A DNA stretch of 64,000 nucleotides, taken from sequence record DRR723986_4815; one strand, given 5' to 3'. Of this stretch, positions 1 to 10,349 are shown in pieces; positions within the stretch are counted from its first letter, which is position 1, and each line of letters begins with the position of its first letter. The position numbers were made by a program, and so were the translations under genes. A model generated the notes under the pieces. The model was not told where the DNA came from. It saw only the letters and a list, made by a program, of their open reading frames with translations, and did no database searches.

Positions 1-37
1 TGCAGCGTTCTTTGCAGCGGCTTTGCAGCGGCTTTGC
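1..37. repeat. short 11-bp tandem repeat (CTTTGCAGCGG)
   Basis: Exact copies at 10-20 and 21-31, a partial copy at 32-37 and a degenerate one at 1-9. May extend beyond the window. Confidence 0.7.
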
Positions 38-54
38 CTAGAGCGCGAGTGAGA

Positions 55-1377
55 CTATTGGCTGTCGCTGATACAGAACAAGTGGTTCTCACCGCGAATG
101 AACAATTGTGAATCGGCGGCGGCAGGCGTCGCATCGACACCTTCGCCGACATCGTTTACTGAAACGATCTCGAGTTTCCCTGCATCTTTCAAAACCACAG
201 TTTTACCGCCGCGGCCAGTTGCAAATACATATCCACCCGCAGCGATGGGCGATGCGTAGGTGCTCCTAATTTCAGGTAGTCGGCTTCGAGCGAACAATGG
301 TTTTCCGGTTGAAGCGTCAAGGCACGTCAAGATTCCCGTCTTCTCCTTGTGGTAATACAAGCGGTTGCCACTGAGTAAGAGTGATGCGATATCGGGTGTA
401 TCTTGCGTGACTGTCCAGCTAACGCTTTCACTTCCACGAATGTCGCCCTCTGCGTCCAGCTTAAACGCACCCAAGAACGAGCCGCGGAAACCGCTTCCCA
501 CGAAAACAGTGTCTTCGTTTGCAACTGGTGTTGCTACGGGTCGCTGGGTTTGTCCGCTGCAGCGCCACAGCTCCTTACCCGAATTGAGGTCGTAGCCTCG
601 GGCGTAGTTCTGCCCATTCATAACGATCTGCTTTGAGGCTTTGCTACCACGTGACACAATCAATGGTGTCGCCCATCCGGTCGGCTCGTTGCGTTTGATT
701 TCCCAGATCGTCTTTCCAGTAGCCTTGTTGAGAGCGTACAGAGCAGATTGTCCTTCGTGGTCAAAGGGAACGATGATTTTGTCGCCAGCGATGGTCGGAG
801 AGCTTCCTTCGCCGAACATGTTTCGAGTCTGCATCTTGCCGAAGTTCGTGCGACTCCACTTGAGTTCGCCGCCCATCGTGTAGCAGAATAGCCCGCGTGA
901 ACCAAAGTGTGCGTAAACGTGCGATCCGTCTGTGCAGGGTGAAGCGGACGCAAAGCCGTTGGTCTGGTGCGTACCTTCATGGGGAGTTGCGGTGACGGCC
1001 AGCTTGTCCCAGAGCTTCTCACCAGTGTTTCGATCAAAGCAAAGCACGCGGAATTCAAGCTCAGTCAATCGTGGGGCCGCTCGTCCACGTCGCCCACGCT
1101 GCGAGCTTGAGGGCGCGGTAGAGCCCTTTCCGGTTTCAACGGCGGTTACGGCAAAGACGCGATCTTCCCAAACGACAGGTGAGCCAGAGCTGCGACCTGG
1201 AATGAAGGTTTTCCAAGCGATGTTTTTCGTCGGACTCCAGGTCGTTGGCGGGGTCGCGGTTTCAGATGTGCCATTGCCGGTTGGACCGCGCCAGTGCGGC
1301 CAATTATCCGCGAGGGCCAGCGAGCAATGCACCGCTTGAAGTGATGTCGCGGCAAGGAGCAGGAGTAGAAGTCGCAT
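55..1377 (-). CDS. secreted PQQ-binding-like beta-propeller repeat protein (BamB-like, planctomycete family)
   Basis: Signal peptide, WPHWRGPTGNG start motif, repeated SSP/ATP blades with GxxxW, ending LFIRGENHLFCI. Confidence 0.9.
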   Translation of the reverse strand: MRLLLLLLAATSLQAVHCSLALADNWPHWRGPTGNGTSETATPPTTWSPTKNIAWKTFIPGRSSGSPVVWEDRVFAVTAVETGKGSTAPSSSQRGRRGRAAPRLTELEFRVLCFDRNTGEKLWDKLAVTATPHEGTHQTNGFASASPCTDGSHVYAHFGSRGLFCYTMGGELKWSRTNFGKMQTRNMFGEGSSPTIAGDKIIVPFDHEGQSALYALNKATGKTIWEIKRNEPTGWATPLIVSRGSKASKQIVMNGQNYARGYDLNSGKELWRCSGQTQRPVATPVANEDTVFVGSGFRGSFLGAFKLDAEGDIRGSESVSWTVTQDTPDIASLLLSGNRLYYHKEKTGILTCLDASTGKPLFARSRLPEIRSTYASPIAAGGYVFATGRGGKTVVLKDAGKLEIVSVNDVGEGVDATPAAADSQLFIRGENHLFCISDSQ

Positions 1378-1483
1378 TTGAGTCTTCCGGTAGTAAATTC
1401 AAACTGATTAAAGCGTAACAACTGGGCACAGAATGTGAGCCTGTGTAGAAATATTAGAGCAGTGAAGTGTGTAGTCAGCTCGC

Positions 1484-3031
1484 TCAAGGCCTGCTTCGCC
1501 CTGAGGCGAGAGAGTCTTCCAGCAGAGCACGCATCTCGCTCGCAACCTTTGGGAATTTTTCAACAAGGTTCTGTGTCTCGCCCGGATCATTCTCCAAGTC
1601 GAAGAGTTGGCCCGGAGTGTCTGGTGCCGTGTCGGGCAAGGCATATTGCTTGAGCATGGCGTGCTTCTCGTAGTTGTTGCCGCCCGAGCCTTTGTGGGCA
1701 AGATACTTCCACTTCCCACGGCGGATTGCGAGCCATCGTTTTCCGCCAAATCCTTGTTGTAGCAAGTAGGGGCGAACCGGTTCGGACTGGCTTCCCTTTA
1801 GTGTACTGAGCAAGCTAAAGCTGTCTTCTGCTGCGTTGTGTGGCAACGGCGTTTCAACGGTCTCAGCAACGGTGGCAAAGAGGTCGCACAGCGAAACGAT
1901 TTGATCTGAGTCGCTGCCGGGTGAGCAGACTTCAGGCCAGCGAACAATGAAAGGCACCCTGTGGCCGCCCTCCCAATTATCTCGCTTGACTCCACGCCAT
2001 GGTCTGGCACCATCGTGGTCATGATCTTGACGCATGTGGTAGATCGTCGGAACCTCCGGGCCGTTGTCGCTGGTAAATACGACCATTGTATTGTCTGCTA
2101 AATCGAGTTCTTCGAGCGTCTTCATCAGTTCGCCGACAATCCAATCGAGCTCAAAAATAAAATCGCCATGCGGTCCCGAGTTGGTCTTTCCCTTGAATCG
2201 GTCGGCAGGGAACGAGGGAAGGTGGACGGCCTGGGTGCTGTGAAAAAGGAAGAATGGCTTATCAGGTGATTCGGCAACATGCCGCTTCAAGAACTGTTGG
2301 CTCTTCTGCAAGAACTTCAGGTCGACCGCTTCGAGATCGAAGTCAGGCGCGTGCCAACCGCGACGATTGTCGTTGGCGTAGGGATGCTTAGGAAGGTTGG
2401 TCTTGTCAAGTAATGCAGTCGGCTGCACCGGGATTCCCGTGCCATCAATGAAAGCGTAGAGATAGTCGGTCGTTGGGCAGCAGGCCGTGCCAAAGAAGTG
2501 GTCGAAGCCGCAGTCGATCGGTCCACCATCGATACGCCTAGAGTAATCGATTCTCTTGACATCATCTGGCCCGCCTTTGTGGATTGGTTTGCCATCGGAA
2601 TCATAGAACGTCAAACCGATGTGCCACTTACCGAAGCAGGCTGTTGAGTAGCCTTTCTGTTGCAACAGTTTTGGTAGAGTTAACCGGTCTTTGGCGATCA
2701 GTGATGGCCCCCCTGCCCCGCTGAACACTCGGCCGCCGCCAGGTACTCTGAATGCCATCTGTCCTGTTAGCAGGCTGTATCGAGTTGGCGTGCATACGGT
2801 GCAAGGGCTGTGAGCGTCGGTGAAACGCATTCCCTGGCTAGCCAGCCGATCGAGATTAGGAGTCGGGATCTTCGATTCGGCGTTGTAGCAGCTAACATCA
2901 CCGTAACCGAGGTCATCGGCCAAAATAACCAGGATGTTGGGCTGGGACGCGGAGCAGCGAGTTGTGCTCAGGACAGCGACCGTGAGGACGCAAGCAAACA
3001 CTGAGTAGGATCGGGGCGACCGGAGGTGCAT
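1484..3031 (-). CDS. arylsulfatase (family S1, Cys-type)
   Basis: PNILVILADDLGYGD, CTPTR formylglycine motif, GKWHIG, FTSDNG, WEGGHRVP, LFDLENDPGE. Start placed at ATG 3031 before a signal peptide; the ORF extends to 3121. Confidence 0.93.
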   Translation of the reverse strand: MHLRSPRSYSVFACVLTVAVLSTTRCSASQPNILVILADDLGYGDVSCYNAESKIPTPNLDRLASQGMRFTDAHSPCTVCTPTRYSLLTGQMAFRVPGGGRVFSGAGGPSLIAKDRLTLPKLLQQKGYSTACFGKWHIGLTFYDSDGKPIHKGGPDDVKRIDYSRRIDGGPIDCGFDHFFGTACCPTTDYLYAFIDGTGIPVQPTALLDKTNLPKHPYANDNRRGWHAPDFDLEAVDLKFLQKSQQFLKRHVAESPDKPFFLFHSTQAVHLPSFPADRFKGKTNSGPHGDFIFELDWIVGELMKTLEELDLADNTMVVFTSDNGPEVPTIYHMRQDHDHDGARPWRGVKRDNWEGGHRVPFIVRWPEVCSPGSDSDQIVSLCDLFATVAETVETPLPHNAAEDSFSLLSTLKGSQSEPVRPYLLQQGFGGKRWLAIRRGKWKYLAHKGSGGNNYEKHAMLKQYALPDTAPDTPGQLFDLENDPGETQNLVEKFPKVASEMRALLEDSLASGRSRP

Positions 3032-3338
3032 GGACGAGGCTCGTGCAAGGGGGAGGTTGGTTCTGCGTGTAACCGCGTGAGACCAGCCTACATGACTTGC
3101 CGACTTCGTGCACCCGGTCATCGAGTCCGTGGGCCGCTCGCGCCTTGGTTGTTTACGGAACGGTAAGGGAAGCTATCGCGGGGCACGGGACCGGGGACCT
3201 GGCGTTGATAAGACTTCTCTTAGGCTGGTGCTAAGCCCCCCTCGCAGGCCTATCGCCCGAACTTCGCCAAGCGGTCAGAAGGCTAGCGATAGATGTCCAA
3301 CTTGCGAAAGCCCACAGCCCTGAATAGAGGCCCGTTGG

Positions 3339-4691
3339 CTAGTACTGCCAGTTACCGGTAGGTGGACCAAAGAGCTTTCGCGACCCGCTCGTGCGAGCGA
3401 CTGGCCCCTGTCCAGCAGCGCTGTGGTTTGGTGCAGGCTGTTGATTAGCTTGCCTAGCGTTGGACGCGGGGGCCGCTGGCAGCGAATGAGGATCAGAATG
3501 AGGGTGGCTGGCACCAATCCCGGGAACAGCTCCGCCTTGTCCCCACTGTTGAACTTGAACCTGGACGGACTGAGGACTGCTTGGTCGGGCACTGCGGCTG
3601 GTTTTGGCCACGCCGCCAGCAATCGGCATGCTTGAACTCCCTTGGGGGCGTCCGTTGTATTTAGGAGGTTGTTCGCCAGTGATTTCAGTCAGTCGTCGGC
3701 TATACCACCCAAGCGGCGCACCAGATGCAGGCTGGCCGTTGCTGGGGAGTTCGCGTGATGCAACTGCAAATTGAACCGGAGTGCCCGAGCTGGCTTCTCC
3801 AGTAGAGCTGACCAGACCAATGCTTCCACTGGGCGTGTTCGCCGCCAAGGCAGTCGGACTTTCACCGCGATCTCGCAATAGGGGGGCGTACTGGGTCAGT
3901 TCAATTGGTGATCCATCTTCTAACCATTGGTTCCAACTGACCTGGAATTCACCAATCGATTCATAGGAGTAGATTGTGTTGAGAGCTTGTTGCCAATTCT
4001 CGCTGGCCATCCCCAGCTCAACAAACTTGATGAACTGTCGCGGTCCTGCTTGGCTGATTAAGAACTGAACCGCCGAGTGCCCCTGGGCATACAACGGGAG
4101 GATGTCATCTGGATATTCCTTGAGTCGGAACATCAGATTGAAAGGCAGCCCGCGGCCGGTCATCAAGAACTCTTTTAGAAAGTGGCGGTGCTTTCGTTTT
4201 TCCGCTTCGTGCTCAACCGTCGTGCAGGCGCCTTCATCAGCCCAGCGCGGCATGTATTTGTTCATTGGCGCAAAGTGGGTGGCAAAAACCGTGTGCGAGA
4301 TCTCGTGGGGCAGTACACTGTCCATGATCCGCTCGCGAGTTCCTTGAACCATCATTTGCCAGTCGACTACGCTGCCGCGATTGAATCGAAATTGCGTTTC
4401 ACCGCTTGCCGGAGCATTTCGGTGGTCGTGGACATGCAGTGGACAGCGTTGACGCCACGGCGGCAGCTCTTTGCCCAACCAGTGGAGTGCTAGATCGCGA
4501 CGGTACTGCTCGGCTGCTTGTGCAACCTCTTCGGCAAAGGCTTTGCTGGATGCAAAGACGACGAAGTTTCGAGATCCGACCGCAGCGCTAGGATGTGCTA
4601 GCCGCTGGGCGAAACTGGCGGTTGGCGCCGCGAGTAGGAAGACACTGGCTACGCAAGCGCGCAGCGATACACTGAAGAAGCGAGCATCCAT
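3339..4691 (-). CDS. secreted gluzincin-type zinc metallopeptidase-like protein with low-complexity C-terminus
   Basis: Signal peptide, HEISH motif followed by PRWADEG (third-ligand Glu), and a Pro/Ser/Gln-rich tail. Confidence 0.7.
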   Translation of the reverse strand: MDARFFSVSLRACVASVFLLAAPTASFAQRLAHPSAAVGSRNFVVFASSKAFAEEVAQAAEQYRRDLALHWLGKELPPWRQRCPLHVHDHRNAPASGETQFRFNRGSVVDWQMMVQGTRERIMDSVLPHEISHTVFATHFAPMNKYMPRWADEGACTTVEHEAEKRKHRHFLKEFLMTGRGLPFNLMFRLKEYPDDILPLYAQGHSAVQFLISQAGPRQFIKFVELGMASENWQQALNTIYSYESIGEFQVSWNQWLEDGSPIELTQYAPLLRDRGESPTALAANTPSGSIGLVSSTGEASSGTPVQFAVASRELPSNGQPASGAPLGWYSRRLTEITGEQPPKYNGRPQGSSSMPIAGGVAKTSRSARPSSPQSVQVQVQQWGQGGAVPGIGASHPHSDPHSLPAAPASNARQANQQPAPNHSAAGQGPVARTSGSRKLFGPPTGNWQY

Positions 4692-4995
4692 GCCCTGGGC
4701 TCCTGATTCGGTGTGAGACTTTGTTCAGTGTGCTTGAAGCGAAAGTCTACTAGGTGAGCCGCTCAAGAAATTCCATTCTCAAGTAGCCGACTGGATCGTT
4801 TCGCCAACGACTTCTTGCAAGCAAACGTTTTCCTCCAAAACCGTAGGCTCACATCGTTGGCACAAAACCGTGTCAGCTTGCATCTCCGGCCAACACTCGA
4901 GGGAGTCTAGAGAACCGTATTTACCGCCGATAGGGCAATCGTTCCGCTAGCAATACCGCGGAATTCGGTTAATGACTCAACCGATGGTTAGATGA

Positions 4996-6198
4996 TTAAG
5001 GCCGGGCGACAAAGACGGTCCACAGGAGATAGCGCCAAACGACATCGGTGTTTGAGAAGCCGGATGTCCGCAGCTTTTCAAAGAGTTCGCTGACCGACTC
5101 GTGGTGGTCGCACTCCGCCTGGTGTTGCATCCACAGTTGCCATTCTTCGTCCGAGGCACCTGCGCTGCGCGAAATCGTTTCCCAAGTCCGATGATGCTGC
5201 TCGGTAGAAGAGGCGGTACTACCGGAGCACTGATCACCGAAAACCATGATGCCGTCGCTAGACAGCCATCGGCGGCAGTTGTCAAAAAGGCGTTGTTTGT
5301 CGCTGGCATCAAGGTGATGGATGGCAATCGTCGACACAATCACATCAACGGAGCCTTCGGGCAAATCGACGCTCGCCATGTCGCTGCAGAGCAACTCTCG
5401 GTCGCTCGCTCGAGGTAAGCGGCTGTCGGCAATCCGCAGTGATTCTTCTGACAGATCGACAAGCGTGAAGCTACTGCTCGGGAACTTCTTGGCCAACATG
5501 CTTGCTAGCGTGCCGCTTCCACACCCAAGATCCACAATTCTGCGCGGCGAGGATTGCGGGATATAGTCCGCAACCGTTTGTAGTAACTCGGGGTACCGCG
5601 GAAAGCAGCGGAGGATCGCTTCGTCATATTCGCTGGCGATGCCATCAAAGAACTTTGCAAGTCCCTCGTGCGCCTCGGACTGAGAAGAGCCCGATGGTTT
5701 GCCCCAAGGTTCTTGCTGGCCAGTCGGTTGTTCCTGCTCGACGGGAGTGCGCGGCATAATCGCTGAAAACTTCTCCGTAGGAGGCAGCGTCCAGCAGGAC
5801 GGGTGCTGGTGCATGCCGATGTGTGGGTAGTATTCGCGCGCAGCAGGGGCCGAGAGTAGAATTAGCGTCGTCGCTAGTCCAGCATGCTCGTGTGTCTCGG
5901 AGATCAGGCGTCGGCCAATTCCCAGTCGCTGGTACTGCGTGTCGACCGCCAAGTCCGACAGGTATGTGCAGTAAGCGTGATCGGTGACGGCGCGTGTGAC
6001 TCCAATCAACAGGTTCTCTTCGCTTGAGCAATCTCGGGCGGTAACGATGAGATTCGACCCTCGAAGCATTGCCTCAATTTGACTGGGCGTGTCAACCGGA
6101 CGTCGCGCATCCAGGCCGCTCCGACGTAAGACTTCGCAATACTCTTGAGCACGAAGATTTGGTTCGATCCGGAATTTGATTTGATCGACGTCAGGCAT
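4996..6198 (-). CDS. GNAT acetyltransferase fused to class I SAM methyltransferase (CmoA-like)
   Basis: N-half has YLSDLAVDTQYQRLGIGRRLI (GNAT motif A). C-half has IVDLGCGSG, VDLS and STIAIHHL. Confidence 0.85.
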   Translation of the reverse strand: MPDVDQIKFRIEPNLRAQEYCEVLRRSGLDARRPVDTPSQIEAMLRGSNLIVTARDCSSEENLLIGVTRAVTDHAYCTYLSDLAVDTQYQRLGIGRRLISETHEHAGLATTLILLSAPAAREYYPHIGMHQHPSCWTLPPTEKFSAIMPRTPVEQEQPTGQQEPWGKPSGSSQSEAHEGLAKFFDGIASEYDEAILRCFPRYPELLQTVADYIPQSSPRRIVDLGCGSGTLASMLAKKFPSSSFTLVDLSEESLRIADSRLPRASDRELLCSDMASVDLPEGSVDVIVSTIAIHHLDASDKQRLFDNCRRWLSSDGIMVFGDQCSGSTASSTEQHHRTWETISRSAGASDEEWQLWMQHQAECDHHESVSELFEKLRTSGFSNTDVVWRYLLWTVFVARP

Positions 6199-6235
6199 GG
6201 AAGAACTCGATTCGTGCTGGAAATAAATCGTTCAA

Positions 6236-7057
6236 CTAGTCGGGTTCGCAATTCCACGTCTCAAGCAACTGCTCAACGACTTGCATCAACTTAGGGCCCG
6301 CTGAATTGCCGATGTCGACTACTTCGTCGTGCGATGTCGCAACGGGCACGATTGTTGAAGCAACGTTGGTAATCACGGAGAACCCAGCAACTCGCATTCC
6401 TAGTTTCCGTGCTTGCAATGCTTCAGCGGAGGTGCTCATGCCAACTGCATCGCCCCCCAGCGAGCGAAACATTGCGTACTCAGACCGAGTTTCATAAGTT
6501 GGCCCAAGTGTTGCGATGTAAGTTCCCTGGTGCATGGTGACGCCATGCTTTCTTGCGATCGATAGGGCTCGCTGAACGGTTGCGTAATCGTATACGGCCG
6601 CCGGCGTCATGACTCCATGTCCTGACTCGCTTGCAGTTGTGTCCCACAGGAAGTCAATCTGGCTATCGATGGCCATCAAGTCGCCCTGCAGGTAACGTCC
6701 ATTCAAACCACCTGCCGCGTTGGTTACGATCAGATTTGTTGCACCGAGCGCCGCCATGACTTGGACCGGAAAACGCACGTGCAGGTTCGACCAGCCTTCA
6801 TATCGGTGGGCCCGGCCCTGCATTAGCACAACGGGTAGGCCGGACAGGAAGCCTAGAATGAGCCGACCTGCGTGGCCGCTGGCGTGGACCTGCGGGAAAC
6901 CCGGAATGTCTTCGTAAGGGATACTGGTAGGATGCTCGACGGCTTCGGCCAATCCACCCAAACCGCTGCCGAGGATGATTGCAACGGCTGGTTGGTGAAG
7001 TCGGATGTTTAGTATTGCATCGCGAGCGGCGTCAACGGATTGAGTTTGGTTTGCCAT
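6236..7057 (-). CDS. punA: purine nucleoside phosphorylase, trimeric family, Asn-type
   Basis: IILGSGLG, GHAGRL, GRAHRYEG, TNAAGG, GPTYET, VGMST, SVITN. Start at ATG 7057. Confidence 0.9.
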   Translation of the reverse strand: MANQTQSVDAARDAILNIRLHQPAVAIILGSGLGGLAEAVEHPTSIPYEDIPGFPQVHASGHAGRLILGFLSGLPVVLMQGRAHRYEGWSNLHVRFPVQVMAALGATNLIVTNAAGGLNGRYLQGDLMAIDSQIDFLWDTTASESGHGVMTPAAVYDYATVQRALSIARKHGVTMHQGTYIATLGPTYETRSEYAMFRSLGGDAVGMSTSAEALQARKLGMRVAGFSVITNVASTIVPVATSHDEVVDIGNSAGPKLMQVVEQLLETWNCEPD

Positions 7058-7194
7058 CAGAACGCCAAGCCCTTTCAAGCTGCTGGCAGTTGGCCGTTAG
7101 AAGGTGCTTCGCGGCTTGGCAGTCCTCGGGGCAGCGGCACTGCGCCAGACGACTGCTTGGCCGCGCAGTCGACTTTCCGATCCGTCCCCAATCG

Positions 7195-8028
7195 TTACGA
7201 GTTGGCTTTCTCGTGCTCAAGGATGCCGGTCACCATAGCTCGCAAACTGGGTTCGGCTGCACCGGCCGTTGCGATAATTTTGTCCACGTTGGCTGGTTCT
7301 AGCGCGTCCGGAAGGCACATGTCGGTGATCACCGAAAATGCGACTGTTCGCAATCCCGCGTGAACAGCCGTGATGACTTCGGGGACGGTGGACATGCCAA
7401 CCACATCAGCGCCGATGGTTCTGAGGAACCTGTATTCGGCACGTGTTTCGAGATTGGGACCCGCTACCGCAACGAAAACGCCCTTGTGAGCAACGATGTC
7501 GTTTTTCCGTGCGATTCCAAGCGCTGCATCGACTAGTTTTAAGTCGTATGGTTCGCACATATCAGGGAATCGTGGGCCAAGGCGATCGTCATTGATACCG
7601 ATAAGCGGGTTGTCGCCCATCAGGTTGATATGATCTTCGATAACGACGATGTCGCCGTCGCTAAAATACGGATTCATTCCGCCGGCCGCATTGGATGCGA
7701 TCAGCAGTTCCGCTCCCATGGCCTTCATAACGCGTACGGGAAGCGTTATCTGCTTCAGCGGATAACCCTCGTACATATGAAAACGGCCTTCCATGGCCAT
7801 TACCGGCAACCCGCAAAGATTGCCGCATACCAACCGTCCACGGTGGCTGGTCGCCGTTGATTTCGGAAAATTAGGAATCGCTTCGTATTCAATCGAAGCT
7901 TCCACGTCTATCTGCTCGGCCAATGGGCCTAGGCCGGTTCCAAGAATGATTCCGGCATGCGGAGTCTTATCCCAAGACTTGCGGATTTCTGCACAAGCTT
8001 CTTCAATTTGGCCGAAGAGTTCCAGCAT
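7195..8028 (-). CDS. purine nucleoside phosphorylase, trimeric family, Asp-type paralogue
   Basis: IILGTGLG, GRFHMYEG, SNAAGG, GPRFPDM, GPNLETRAE, VGMSTVPE, SVITD. Confidence 0.92.
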   Translation of the reverse strand: MLELFGQIEEACAEIRKSWDKTPHAGIILGTGLGPLAEQIDVEASIEYEAIPNFPKSTATSHRGRLVCGNLCGLPVMAMEGRFHMYEGYPLKQITLPVRVMKAMGAELLIASNAAGGMNPYFSDGDIVVIEDHINLMGDNPLIGINDDRLGPRFPDMCEPYDLKLVDAALGIARKNDIVAHKGVFVAVAGPNLETRAEYRFLRTIGADVVGMSTVPEVITAVHAGLRTVAFSVITDMCLPDALEPANVDKIIATAGAAEPSLRAMVTGILEHEKANS

Positions 8029-8250
8029 TTTCAGTGCTCAAGGAAGGTGGTCGTTGCGCATGAGTTGCGCTGATGGATCAGAGTAGTTTCTTAACTGAGT
8101 CGCATTAAAGCATGTCCAACCTTGGTGTACAACATGACATCAGAGAGTGGTTCGTGATTGTTGGCAAAGTTCGTCGCCAGCGGGGCAGGCCAATTGCGGC
8201 AATCACGCGAAGTAGAAGCAACCTAAGACTCGCAATTTTGGAACGATATA

Positions 8251-9288
8251 ATGCAGCGGAGAGTGATCGGCCAGTCGGGGATATCGGTGACCGACATTTG
8301 CATGGGCACGATGACGTTCGGTAGCCAGTGTGATGAATCGTTATCGTTCCAGATTATGGATCGGGCACGTGAGGCAGGAATTGATTTCTTCGATGCGGCC
8401 GAAATGTATCCTGTACCTCCGAAAGCGGAAACTTTTGGCATCACCGAGGAAATCGTTGGGCGGTGGCTGAAGACCCAATGTCGCGACGAAATCATTGTGG
8501 CAACGAAAATAACCGGCCCTGGACATGGTTGGTTTTCTCCACCGGTGCGTGGTGGGCGAACGGCTCTGGATGCACACCAGATCAAGCGCGCTGTCGAAGA
8601 CAGTTTGTCGCGTTTGCAGACCGATTACATTGACTTGTACCAAACACATTGGCCCGACCATTCGATGCGGTACGGAGATACCCTTGATGCTCTTGGGCGA
8701 TTGATTGAAGCGGGTAAGGTCCGTGCGATCGGGTGCAGCAACGAAACCTCGTGGGGTGTGATGAAGAGTCTGTGGGCTGCTGAGAAATCGGGTTGCCGCC
8801 GCTACGACTCGATCCAGAACAACTTCAGTCTGATCAATCGTCGCTGTGAAAGTGAGCTGGCGCAGGTCTGCCGTCAGGAGAAGATCAGCCTCCTGCCCTA
8901 TTCACCTCTCGGCGGCGGAGTGTTGACTGGGAAGTACTGCGAGGGCCTACCGGCTGACGGTCGATTCACTGAGTACCTAGAAAATGGCGGCCCGCGACAG
9001 AAATCCATGGCGCAGCGGTTTGTGAATGAGCGTTCGATCGAAGCGACTCGTCGGTTCGCCAAAATTGCGCAGGACATTGGTGTGTCGCTTACCGCTATGG
9101 CCCTGGCGTGGAGCCGACAGCATGACTTTGTCGCATCCACGATTGTTGGCGCAACCACGATAGACCAACTAAACGAATCGCTTGAAGCAGTAGATTTGAT
9201 CCTGGACCAGGAAACTCTAGACAGGATCGATGAAGTCGAGGTGGATATTCCGAATCCATTGAGGGAAGACGGTCTGCGTCGACTGTAG
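8251..9288 (+). CDS. aldo/keto reductase (Tas-like)
   Basis: [53 protein letters not shown]. Confidence 0.92.
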   Translation: MQRRVIGQSGISVTDICMGTMTFGSQCDESLSFQIMDRAREAGIDFFDAAEMYPVPPKAETFGITEEIVGRWLKTQCRDEIIVATKITGPGHGWFSPPVRGGRTALDAHQIKRAVEDSLSRLQTDYIDLYQTHWPDHSMRYGDTLDALGRLIEAGKVRAIGCSNETSWGVMKSLWAAEKSGCRRYDSIQNNFSLINRRCESELAQVCRQEKISLLPYSPLGGGVLTGKYCEGLPADGRFTEYLENGGPRQKSMAQRFVNERSIEATRRFAKIAQDIGVSLTAMALAWSRQHDFVASTIVGATTIDQLNESLEAVDLILDQETLDRIDEVEVDIPNPLREDGLRRL

Positions 9289-9366
9289 AGGAGCGTCTTC
9301 CGGAATCCGTGGTTAGCGGAATGCTTCGTGATCACATTCACCAACCTCTCGGTCGAGGGCAATCAC

Positions 9367-10344
9367 ATGTCGGAAATCAAACGCGTTCTGGTCACCGGTG
9401 GTGCGGGCTTCTTGGGATCTCATATCTGCGAGCGTTTGGTCGCTGACGGGCACGACGTTATTTGCCTAGATAACTTTTTCACCAGTCAGAAGTCGAACGT
9501 TGCGCATTTGCTTGGCAACCCAAATTTTGAGCTGATTCGCCACGACGTCACATTGCCAGTATTTTTGGAGGTGGATCAGGTCTACCACATGGCTTGCCCG
9601 GCGGCACCCGGACACTACCAATTCAACCCCATCAAGACGATGAAGACGAGTGTAATGGGGTCGATCAATATGCTGGGCATGGCAAAACGCTGTGGTGCCC
9701 GGATTTTGCTCGCAAGTACATCGGAAGTATACGGCGATCCAGAGGTCCACCCTCAGCCCGAGTCGTACCGTGGCAGTGTCAATCCAATCGGGCCGCGAGC
9801 ATGCTATGACGAAGGGAAGCGAGCCGCCGAAACACTGTTCATGGATTATCACCGAATGAACAGCGTCCAGGTGAAGATTGTGCGGATCTTCAATACTTAC
9901 GGACCACGGATGCATCCGTATGATGGACGCGTCGTTTCGAACTTTATTCGCCAGGCACTCACTGGTGAAGATATCACCATATTCGGCGACGGTTCGCAGA
10001 CGCGTTCGTTCTGCTATCGCGACTGCTTGGTTGAGGGGATCATGCGGTTGATGAATTCTCCGGTCGAGCTGACTGGACCGGTCAATATTGGCAATCCCAG
10101 CGAGTTCACGATTCGAGAACTTGCTGAGCTGGTGATTGAACTGACCGGTGCCGATGTGAAGTTGATCGAGCGACCGCTGCCAGCCGATGATCCGACCCGA
10201 CGTAAGCCAGACATTACGCTGGCAAAGAAAGAGCTAGGTTGGGAGCCCAGCGTTGAACTTCGCCAGGGGTTGGAGGAAACGATCAAGTGGTTCAAATCGG
10301 TTGACTTGTCGCATTTTCGTCCGCCAACACCGAATTACGTCTGA
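9367..10344 (+). CDS. uxs: UDP-glucuronate decarboxylase (UDP-xylose synthase)
   Basis: [58 protein letters not shown] at 9367. Confidence 0.93.
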   Translation: MSEIKRVLVTGGAGFLGSHICERLVADGHDVICLDNFFTSQKSNVAHLLGNPNFELIRHDVTLPVFLEVDQVYHMACPAAPGHYQFNPIKTMKTSVMGSINMLGMAKRCGARILLASTSEVYGDPEVHPQPESYRGSVNPIGPRACYDEGKRAAETLFMDYHRMNSVQVKIVRIFNTYGPRMHPYDGRVVSNFIRQALTGEDITIFGDGSQTRSFCYRDCLVEGIMRLMNSPVELTGPVNIGNPSEFTIRELAELVIELTGADVKLIERPLPADDPTRRKPDITLAKKELGWEPSVELRQGLEETIKWFKSVDLSHFRPPTPNYV

Positions 10345-10349
10345 TCGTG

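Noticed and set aside
4858-4875. TGGCAC as a sigma54 promoter
   Set aside because: No GC at -12 and no downstream plus-strand gene.
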